Shown: positions 37,796 to 47,707 of the stretch, one piece after another
How the letters are laid out: every line of letters starts with the position of its first letter
Numbering within the stretch: the first letter of the stretch is position 1
Source of the DNA: Octopus bimaculoides
Lineage: Eukaryota
Assembly (NCBI RefSeq): GCF_001194135.2
Contig: NC_068988.1
Location: 79,009,097 to 79,056,803 of the forward strand
DNA length: 47,707 bases
Reading direction: 5' to 3'
Program-made: the position numbers and the translations under genes
The notes under the pieces: model-generated
What the model was told of the DNA's origin: nothing
The model's input: only the letters and a program-made list of their open reading frames with translations
The model's database searches: none

Positions 37796-38864
37796 TTTAA
37801 TTTTCTCATGGTATGAGAAACAAAACGAATCGGTAGTTTTAATCCCTACTAGATTGGAGAACAGTTTCAGGTAAGCCGTGATGGAACCAATAATAGTTAT
37901 TGCTAGACGTTCAGCACATGTTAATCCAGATTCAGTCTTCATTGACGTTGATAATTATGAACCTCAATCAGAAAGTTAGATCTTTTTTTATATATAACTG
38001 TCAGTACATGTGGATATACTCCACTTCTGACCCACCCACTGAATATAAACTTGTATAAACTCATTACCTTCACACCGTCACTATAATCTTGCGCGCACAG
38101 ACCAACAATTTTGGCCTTAGATCTGGACTTTCATTTTACCTATTTATAGTTTTAGATTATGTCAGATGTGGAAATTAGTGTTCGTTCGTTTTAATGCTTC
38201 TTGAAATTTTTAGAGTATAACGTGAAATTTTCACCAGGTTCCTGCTTAATGTTGCTGACTGTTACGAAAGTTGCTGTCCCATCTTGTCACCCATACCATT
38301 AGTAATAAGATTGGATGCCGCATGACTGACAGATGCTGTTTCTGAGGAAGCTGACAAGAATGGATATTGTCAGTGGGTTTCATTCATAATTAGCTAGTGG
38401 TCTTCAAATGTTTTTCATTTATTTTTTACTTTCCATATTTCAAAGAAATATTGCATTATAACCAAGAAGGAAATGCGAAAATGAATGTTAACTTTTAATA
38501 AGATTTCTTCACAACAAATCTGTTTAATTTCGAAATACGTTTTAAAGAAAAGCGTTTGCATCAGAATAATTTTTATATATTGCGATTAAATCCTAAAATA
38601 CAGTGATTTAGTGATTTATCTTGCTATATTCCTTCTATATTCTGTGTTCAAATGTTAATGGCATTGAAATTGCATTTAATGCACTACATGGATATAATTT
38701 TCCTTCCCCAGTGTGTGTTTGTGTATGTGTGTATTTGTGTGTGCGTGTTTGTGTGTGTGTTTGCGTGTGTGTGTGTGTGTGTGTGTGTGCATGCATGCGT
38801 ATGTGTGTGCCAAGCATCTTATACTGATTACCTAATCATTATTTCAATATTTTAATAGAATTTA

Positions 38865-39062
38865 AGGTGACGCTGTGCACAATGCATAGCAGCATTTCGT
38901 TTGTTTTCACGTTCTGAGTTCAAATTCTGCCGAATACGACTTTGGCTCTCACCATATTGGGATCAGTAAAATAAATACCATCTGAGTATTGGGGTCGTTG
39001 TTATCGGTTTCCCTCTACCCCCACCTCGAAATTGCTGGTCTTGTGCCAAAATTTTGAACCGA
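38865..39062 (+). mobile_element. tRNA-derived SINE (family A)
   Basis: cacgttctgagttcaaattctgccgaatacgacttt...gagtattggggtcg...aaattgctggtcttgtgccaaaa. Confidence 0.75.
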
Positions 39063-39489
39063 TATTTTCATTGAATTCTGTTACGACACTGACAAAGTTT
39101 CATTTACGTTTGTTTCAGTTCTGATTTACGCTGAGTTGTATATAATTTCATTTAGAATATATGATACTTTCAGTAGAGCTGGGGGGAGTGAAGAATCTCG
39201 TGTTACATTACTTCAAATGACAAAATGTGAAAGGGATTCGTCAAGAGTTTCCTTCACCCACTATTTTTGTTTTGATACATTGAACGTATAGCGTGGATAT
39301 TTATATTCTTTAAAATTCCTCTGAGGTCTAAAATATCTCAAATATTTATACGCGCGCGCACGCACGCACACATGCGCAGACGCACACTCACATGGACGCA
39401 CGCACTCACACCTATGACTATGTATGTGAGAGACTGTATGTCTGCGGATATTTATACATTAAGCGTCTGATCCTTAGATCCGAATAGAT

Positions 39490-39590
39490 TGCTTTGACGT
39501 AAATGTTCCGGCTCTCGGTTCTCTGAGATCAAATCCCACCGAAGTTAACTTTGCCTTTCCTCCTTTTATCGTCAATAAATAAAATACTTG
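39490..39590 (+). mobile_element. SINE fragment (family A)
   Basis: gttctctgagatcaaatcccaccgaagttaactttgcctttc. Confidence 0.55.
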
Positions 39591-40010
39591 GCCTGCACAG
39601 GTTTACATCTTTCTCTTCGTCTTTTTTTCTGCCTGTCCATTATTCAATGTTCCTGGAAGAACTCAGCTCTGGTCCATCTTCGAAATGAATGTGCTCCGCC
39701 AAGCCAAGATACGTATTCTATCACTTCAGCTTCCATATCTCTCTGTCAAGAATCTGAGAGTAGCAAATGAGGCAAGTCACGTGCATGTACATTTTTTCAA
39801 GTAGCCATAAACAGGATGAGATTCCACAATGCTGTGTCAGGAACTTCTGTTTCCCATTACCTTTGGTAGATGCTCAATTTCACTTCGTGTGTCTCTGCCA
39901 CAAAGACATCAATATAGTTAATTGGCCATGGTCTTTAATCAGGACTTCAGAAAGCTTTCAAGTTATAACATCTGATATGGACTGTGGCAAGCATTGCATG
40001 TCCTGAATTG
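39590..40010 (-). mobile_element. Possible decayed LINE (RTE-like) 3' region
   Basis: A GC-balanced non-repetitive block with weak LAEHI..EDG / GRKK similarity to RTE C-termini and no intact ORF. Confidence 0.3.
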
Positions 40011-40548
40011 AGCAGTAATAGTACTTGAGGCAAATTCGAACCTATAAGAATGGCCATTCACTATAATTTGTGATGGAGAAATTTCTCGCTATAGACAGAT
40101 AAGTGTAAATGTATATGTATATACACGCATATATATGTGTGTATGTATGTATGTATGTATGTATGTATATATGTATGTATGTATGTATGCATGCATCAGT
40201 TTCTGCATAAATCAGTGAACGTTTCGTTTTCTGATTTCTATATTAGAAGGTAGATTTCGACTTCGTACAGAATGTTCAGAAATGTTAGTTACTGAGGAAA
40301 CCAAATAAGGTCTAGACACCAGTGTCTAAGTATCTGCTGGCAGAATTATGAACACGCATTAAGATTTTACCGGACAAAGTGTCTTACGAAATGCTTACCT
40401 TAGGTTAAATACCACTGTTCTACGTTTATGTACATATAATAAACACATATATATATTTATGTGCTACTAGTAGTTTCATGCGATGAAAGCACGCTAGGTA
40501 GTATATTTCAACAGCTCTGGTCTCTCAGCTCAATCTTCAGGTACTGTC

Positions 40549-40750
40549 CACGTGGTAAAATAGGCTAAAATAGGACGACGAGATGAGAGAAAGCGCGAGA
40601 AAAACCGAGAAAGAAGTAGATATGAAAGGTGGACGGTTGAAAAACCGAAAAACGAAAAAGAAAACAGAAAGACGCTAGTGGAGTGATTGGAGTTATTTCC
40701 CCTTAGACTGTAAAATATAAAGCTGAAAAGATAGTGGCCTCGAGTCTGCG
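40549..40750 (+). promoter_or_regulatory. Candidate promoter or non-coding first exon of the BMI1-like gene
   Basis: Local CpG enrichment, a purine-rich non-repetitive tract, an E-box CACGTG at 40549-40554 and a possible donor CG|GTAAAC at 40751, about 1.65 kb upstream of the coding-exon acceptor. This is inference only. Confidence 0.35.
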
Positions 40751-41099
40751 GTAAACTGTTTAATCTGGAGAGGCTGACACTTTCCATTTCGTCAACAGGA
40801 ACTTTGTCATATGCTTACAACCGCTGAAATCTTCCGATCTAGAATTCAGCATTATATTAGAGTTCTTAGATCTGAATAAAATCTGAGTTCTTTCGGCTAG
40901 GCAAAGCTTACATTTTTTTTATCCGTTAACATATGGTGTGGAAATTTCGACTATTTTGCACTTTATTGTGTGTGCTGTGATGTTCGACTTCAAACCCCAG
41001 CCTAGTTGTCTTTCTAATTTTATTATTAATGTTTCTTAGTATTTTTTAATCTACTACAATGGAATAACAGTTTTATTGTAATAGATTGGTTCAAGAACA

Positions 41100-41690
41100 T
41101 AAGCATAGTGCTAGATTTACTCAGTTCAACATTATATATTTTTTCCCTTCATATCGCGATTGTTACTTGATAAAGCCATTGAATTTGCTAAGTCCATGTT
41201 GATATAGACCCCATGGGCCTGAACTTTATCCTGCAAGCGAAGAAAGCGCTACAGTTCAGTAATGGATTAGCATGAGTAAAAAAAAGTCCGATAATGATGA
41301 ATTGTTCAATGTTTCAATGGGATCGTACGATGGTGCTGACATCTGCGATCTTGTGGGTCTCTTTGTATTAAACACATTGAGATCAAAGCACCCATCTCAC
41401 CACGTTGGTCTATAACGAGACGAGGAATTGGGTATTTCCCATGGTTGACATGGTCACACCCTAGATAGATTTAGGAAACAACTTACCTCTACCTTCAGTC
41501 AATTAGGCCTTAAAATCACAGTCGCTACTAATCTGCCTAACGTTGAATTTTAGATGATGTTTCCTTAGACCTAAACTCCTCCACTTATAAACCTTACCGA
41601 CGAGAATCTTTCCGTATATATATAAACAGTCATGTCATCCCACTGTAGTGTTTAAAAACCTGGTGCCTATTCGAGATCTTTCGCTTCCGA
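41100..41690 (+). mobile_element. Penelope-like element RT remnant
   Basis: LLDKAIEFAKS...FNVSMGSYDGADICDLVGLFVLN...VGL*RDE...DRFRKQL...GLKITVATNL matches PLE RT motifs (MGSYDGAE.CELVGL; GLYRDD). It has stops and frameshifts. Confidence 0.88.
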
Positions 41691-42401
41691 TTTATGGAAA
41701 ACAGTGAATAACATCCACCGACCTTGCGAGTTGTCGACAGACACAATAAAAGCGTTACATGTAATTGAGGTAGTATCAAATTAAAATGGCCATCTATGTG
41801 TCACATTTGATATATATACACTTTGATAGGCCAATTAATGTGATCTTTATCCAGCGATAACTTCTTTTGCAGTCTTGGAGAATCTCTTGGAGAAACACAC
41901 CAGGCACTGATTTCTATAGGAATTGCAGAATCTGACTGTCTCCGCGCATTGTAAAAATGTCTCTTAGATATCTTTGTTCAGTTCTCTCTAAGTCTGCCCA
42001 CGCATACTGGCATCCTAACTACACCGCTTTAGTCACACGCTATTCCTTTTAATACATTTCTCTGATTATTATCATTCGCACGCTCTTCTTATTCTAACGA
42101 GACATTAATTTGATTTCTTTACCATCCTTCTCACCAGCAGGGCTTTAACCGTTTCTTACATTTCCAGGTTGGACATTAATATAGGCTCACTTGTAGAAAC
42201 GATAGCTTTTATGGAAACCTGTATTTCAATCCTCGTGGAGGTCGAGTTTTCCATCTGTTTTACCCTGTTATTGAATACATTTCATTGGCTTTATTGGACT
42301 TACTGCAAAATTTTAGCCAAAGGAAGCCTTATTTATCTGTATGTTTTACTGCCTTTTTTCATTGAAATATGTAATATTTGTTTTTTTCTTCTTGTTTGCA
42401 G

Positions 42402-42409
42402 TTGTGGAA
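42402..42409 (+). other. 8-nt leader (5' UTR or in-frame extension) of the ATG-containing exon
   Basis: The splice acceptor ends at 42401 and the ATG is at 42410, so an upstream exon is required. Confidence 0.75.
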
Positions 42410-42521
42410 ATGTACCGCTCTGGCCGGCTTAAAATCTCTGAGATAAATCCCCATCTAACGTGCATACTATGTGGTGGATATTACATCGATGCCACAACAA
42501 TTATAGAATGTTTGCATTCCT
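42410..42521 (+). CDS. BMI1: First coding exon of a BMI1/PCGF (Psc-family) Polycomb group RING finger protein; gene continues beyond the window
   Basis: Translates [37 protein letters not shown]+T, closely matching the BMI1/PCGF2 N-terminus ([38 protein letters not shown]). It has a pyrimidine-rich acceptor (tttttttcttcttgtttgcag, ending 42401) and a GTAAGT donor at 42522, giving a phase-1 intron inside the Phe codon of HSF. The exact paralogue assignment is uncertain. Confidence 0.93.
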
Positions 42522-42584
42522 GTAAGTACAACCAGTTTATATACTTATTCAACATATTTATATATACTACGCACTGACACATGT

Positions 42585-43085
42585 TAATACATGTGTGTCT
42601 GTGTGCCTATGTGTGTTTGTGTGTTTATGTGTGTCTGTGTGTTTGCGATTGTGTTGCGTGTATTTGTGTGTTTGTCAGTGTTTGTGTGTATCTGTGTGTG
42701 TTCATATGAAAGAGGTATGCAAATACAAAATAAAGTACTGAGTACTTCAAGAAGTAGAATGTTTAATTTAAGCAACCATAGTATCTCTTTCTTTCTCTTT
42801 GTTCCTTCTCTCTTGTTCTTTTGCTCTCATTCTGTTCATATGTACACCTCTGCGTGTGTGTATGTGTGTGTGCGCGTGTGTGTGTGCACGTGTGCGTGCG
42901 TGTGTGGGATATATAATGCACGAATGATTACAGGCGTATATCCAAATATTTTAAACAGGTATATTTGATGGAAAATTAAGAACCTGGAAACTGGATTTGT
43001 TTTTTGCTTGTGGTTAGTTTATAACACATATTTGTAGCTAATGTTTTAGTCTCTGTGTGCCTTTGTGTATGTGTGTGTGTGTGTA

Positions 43086-43133
<48 letters not shown>

Positions 43134-43255
43134 TGTATGTGTCTCTGTGTGTCTGTGTCTGTATCTGTGTCTGTGTGTGCGTGCGTGTGTGGTTGCGTGT
43201 GTGCGTGTCCATGCGTGCGTGCGTGTGCATGCGTGCGTGCGTGCATTACTATGTA
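42585..43255. repeat. Degenerate (TG)n-rich tracts in the BMI1-like intron
   Basis: Directly visible. Confidence 0.9.
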
Positions 43256-44647
43256 TATGCTGAAAAAGAATGTTTTCTTCGTTCTGTCAAATTTATTGTT
43301 GACTGTCTTTTGAATAATTTGCTGTCTCACGTCACTGTTCATCTACACTTCCAAGTGAATTTATATACATTTGGAAATATGCATTATTACATCGATATAT
43401 TAAAGGCTAAATGAAGCCATGACATATTTTATTGAATTATAATATTTAATAGATATGTCACAAACTGAACTCGTCTTGTGTATTGTATCTATACAGACTT
43501 TACAGTCGGGAATATATCGTAGAAGTGTTGTCTTCCAGTCAACAATGAAATATAATATCGATTATTAACATTACACTAAAGGGCGATACTAGTGTGTTCC
43601 TGAAGGGAAATTAACGTTGGAAAAATATTGGGAGCGTCAGTCTGAGATAAGATTTATTTTCGACACGGATAACTATGAATTGTTGTCGTTTAGTTCCAGG
43701 TCAGTTTTGATTGAGGAGATTAAATGCATTTTGCCCATGCTACTTTTTGTATCTGTGCACAAATGCACGCGTGTGTATCTATAGTGTATGTCTTTATTTA
43801 ATATAGCAGAATTTGATTTAAGGGAAATTTGGCTGCTGCTTCTGGCATATAGATCGACTGCATAGAAACATTATCGTTGGCTCCAAGACTTCTCTCCTAT
43901 TTCCCCATTATAAGGGAGTTATATCCCTAACCAAACCATAACTGTGCCCTTTTTTTCTTTAAAATTGTGTAACGTTCAAACTATTATCCAGTATGCCCTT
44001 TCCTGCGAGATCTGGTTATTAATTGTATAAAGTAGTACGATTCTGTGCAGCCTCCGCATCGAGTGTTATATTTAAGACTATACTGAACAGGAGTATATCA
44101 AATTCATTTTAACACTACGTTACTGACAGTCAATTTATCTATTCCAACAAAGAGACATGAACAGCCATTCATCTCCACGTTACTCATAGGTATATTTTTA
44201 TTCCAAAAGTTGTGTCCACACTAGATGAAGTAACCTTCTTACCAGTTGATTAAAACTATAATCCACAAGGGAACCCTTAGACAGGTAATTGCCATACTAT
44301 AAATATATTGCTTGAACAATTTGGAAAAAGTCACAAAGAATAAGGTAAAAATAGACTATAACGGCATTTTAATTCAGTAGGAAAGTTATGGAGCTAAAAA
44401 CTCTATACATCATTTGATTTTATATTCCACTACTTCACATTAGATTTTCTATTGGAAGAAAATAAGAAGGAAGTTTGGATAGGGGTGAATACCTTCGGTT
44501 CAATTTTATTCCAATAATTACAGAGAAAAGATTATAGAAAAAATTATAGAAGAAAAAGCATTCGAATCTATTTTATTTTTTTATTTATGTTAAAAAAAAA
44601 CTGCTGAAATCATGTTTTATGAATTTAAATTTACATTCACACATACC

Positions 44648-44681
<34 letters not shown>

Positions 44682-46519
44682 TGTATGTATGTATGTATGT
44701 ATCTATGTATGTACGTCTATGTCAGGGTGTGTATAGATATATGTTTGTCAATATATCAAAATATGTGATATGTATATAAGTATGTTTTCTAGGAAGAGTG
44801 GTGACAGTCTGTGCCCCTTTAACCCTTTAATATGGTGTCTTACCTGTATGACCTTCTCGGATAGACATTGCTTTTTCTTTATTTTTAATTTATTTTATGC
44901 GACCATACATGATTCTTAACAACCGGCCAAAGCTATAAGTAACATAGCAACTTCCCCAATAAATTCTCTTGAGCTTTCTCAAAATTTCATTTGTTCCATC
45001 ATGATTGGTGGTCAACTAATCACTTTTGTTTCTGACTTATTTGTTAATATGTTTAAAATTCACCAAAAAATGTCGGAGTTTTGTCATGATATAATCGAAG
45101 AATATAGCAAGAAAATGATCCCGAAACAGTTGTGAATTTCGATCCCTATTTGTGTTCTTTATACATTTGCTACACTTGGAACCATCCCTGGGTTCGATCT
45201 ACAGCTAATATTGGATTGGGTACCTCTCTCTCTCTCTCTCTGTGTGTGTGTGTATGAGTGCGTGTGTGTTTGTGTGTGAATACATATAGTATACTACCAA
45301 AAAATGACAGATGTAAGTTGCTTCAACGTGCTGTAAATTCAATATTATATACCCAGCCAATACTAACGAATTTAGGTGTATTAACCCACGTAGTTAGGGT
45401 GTTGTACTAACGATCCCTGGACCAGGTGTTGCGTTGCCTTCTTGAGCTAAACACTTTATCTCGCATTACTCTGCGATCACTTCAATACCTGACGTATGCG
45501 TCACCGCGCATCATTTTCAACATGTATCGTGAAACTGCATCACTATTTTCCTCACAAATTCATCTGAATCTCTTCAGTTCCTAAACTTTTACAACATTTT
45601 TATCGAGTATATGCTAAAATTCAAAAGGTTTCTCACAAAACGTTGGGGCCTTTTTCAATGAATGCTCTCTGAGCCGTCCATTTTAAGTAGTAACGATGTA
45701 GATTGTTTCTTGTAATTTCTAATGAAACGTGGTATAGTTATGCAGTAAGATACAAAAGTGCAAACTTACACAAACTACAACAGATTTCTACAAAAGTGAA
45801 AGTAAAATATTTGCACCATGAAACTGTTTCGCATTATTTTGAAAGTGGATGCAAGAGTAGGCCCTGGGCGAACATGTAAAATTGTTAATGCTGTTTACGT
45901 TTATAGCAGACTTAAAGAAAATTGCGTTTCGCTCCTTTTTCTTGAGATGAAGTACTTTGTGTATATCTCATCATAGATACAACACTTGTCTGACCCCAGT
46001 GTTGATTTCAAAGGATCTGCTGTGTTGTTGACTGCTAGGAAAACTAAGGTATTTACAATGGAGCCTTCAAACTCTTGCAGCTGATTTAAATTCTGGATCT
46101 AGTTTTTCTATCTCTTATCTATCCAGTCATCTTACGTCCAAGCGTCGTTATATATAGAAGTGAAATTCATTCCCAGTGAGATGGGGGTTATTTGATGGAT
46201 GTGCTGAATATTCCGTTTATTTAGAAATTGTGTAGTTTTGCTTCTTTATACTTTAGTGTTGCTGCTCCTCACAAGATTACTGTGTACGTGAGGTTCACAC
46301 TCACCATTTCATTTAAAGAGTAATCAGCACCAGAAAGATTCGTTTACGGTAATGATCTTTTGAAGAAACCGGCGAACACCAATATCACTTGATCAAATCA
46401 AAACTACAACGGATTCGATACAGGAATGTATTGATCTGGAAAGCTAACAGGCTGAGTTGATCCCTGTTGGGTCTAAACAAAGAACATAAAACTCCTCATT
46501 GACTTCCAATTGGTGAATT

Positions 46520-46690
46520 GTTAGAGCAACGAAAAGGATGCCTTTCGTTATTTGTTTCTGCTCTTTACGCTCTGATTTATGCCGTATCCAACTTTTTCTA
46601 TCATCCTTTCAGAGTCGATAAATAAAGTTCCAGTCAAGTACTGAGAGTAATTCTTCTCTCCTTTTCTTTATGGATTGCGCTTGTAATTCA
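46520..46690 (+). mobile_element. Degenerate SINE (family A)
   Basis: tcatcctttcagagtcgataaataaagttccagtcaagtactgag matches the family-A body. Confidence 0.55.
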
Positions 46691-47605
46691 AAGGTCCTTT
46701 TCACATCATGTCACGGGGTTTGGGGAACGGAATTTGCATCAAGGGTGCAAGTTTATGTTGTATACTTACTGCTTACACGTTAATCTCAAGAGTAGGAATT
46801 GAGTTTGTCGAACATTTGAGGAAATATACGGATATCTTTACGGTTAGTAAATCTATTTCAAAAGTGAAACAAATTTATTCAATGAATCTTCATAATTTCC
46901 CATAAAGTTCATGAGGTTTCAAGATCATCTTACTCGAAGTTAAACATATATACACACCTGCAAAAATATATGAGAGCAGGATTATATCTGTACGTAAAAT
47001 TATTCTCGAAACACGTTAAACGCTGCCCGGTCTTTATGAATTATTTTCATTTGGATATGTTTATCAATATGCATATATTAGTAAATCATCAATATCGATT
47101 AATTGTTACTGAAATGATATGCTTTCGATGTATCAGCATTGTTTCTACCGAGAGACACGCAAGAATCTTCCACACAAAGTTTAATCCAATCTGAATGTTA
47201 ATGAAAGCATGATTTAATGTTATCAGGCACCTGTGGAATTCAAACATTCACAAAACTCTATTCACTAGAGTCAGAGTGGCCTTAGGATCTGTTATCAACC
47301 TTAAATTTGTTAAGTTTTACTTCCTTTTTATTTATTAAATCCAGATCGTATACGTTTTATTTCTGTTCAAACAACTTTTTCTCTTCTTTCTGCTTGGAAT
47401 GTTTGATAATATATTCCTTTGTTAGGCATTCATTAATTTGTCACATATAGTTAACTATGTCGTATATATATAAATGAAGAAATAAACATACACATACATT
47501 CATTTATACTTATACAAACGTCACGCTTGAAGATATATATTGCCGGAGCCATTACTTACTCACTTGGGCACTCTAACTCTTACAAAATGGAAGAACACTT
47601 AGTTC

Positions 47606-47695
47606 TATGTATGTATGTATGTATGTATGTATGTATGTATGTATGTATGTATGTATGTATGTATGTATGTATGCATGCATGCATGTATGTATGCT
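47606..47695. repeat. (TATG)n microsatellite
   Basis: Directly visible. Confidence 0.95.
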
Positions 47696-47707
47696 TACAT
47701 ATATATA

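Noticed and set aside
40498-40544. Hammerhead-like CTGAAGA...GAAATATA on the minus strand near the putative promoter
   Set aside because: Helix II does not close next to the core and helix I has a mismatch at the cleavage site, so it is probably chance or too decayed to call.
1-42401. COMMD3 or SPAG6 exons expected from vertebrate BMI1 synteny
   Set aside because: No matching peptide segments were seen in any frame by eye.
974-43414. Dozens of ORFs rich in HT/YI/CV/MYVC/LSIY/poly-N/poly-L/poly-M repeats, and X-filled ORFs
   Set aside because: They are translations of microsatellites or N gaps, with no splice or domain support.
46970-47194. 74-aa ORF with a CPV motif considered as the next BMI1 RING exon
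   Set aside because: It does not match FCKTCIVRYL...CPICD and has no suitable phase-1 acceptor.

Overview
AT-rich eukaryotic draft-assembly sequence with four N gaps. The microsatellite density and interspersed repeats suggest a cephalopod (octopus-type) genome; this is inferred from recalled repeat families, not a database hit. The only supported host coding sequence is the first coding exon (42410-42521, +) of a BMI1/PCGF-type Polycomb RING finger gene, with a likely non-coding upstream exon or promoter near 40.55-40.75 kb and an intron running off the window end. The rest is intergenic or intronic DNA filled with degenerate mobile elements: a mariner transposon, two Penelope-like retroelement (PLE) remnants, CR1-like and RTE-like LINE remnants, three REL-endonuclease LINE 3' ends beside microsatellites, and many tRNA-derived SINEs. 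The most notable non-coding signals are two hammerhead-ribozyme motifs with palindromic helix III (7717-7762 and 13730-13821). The first lies in the tail of a tRNA-headed SINE-like element that forms a ~510 bp fold-back palindrome. Nearly all ORFs in the supplied track are microsatellite artefacts or transposon debris. TE boundaries are approximate and were assigned by eye.
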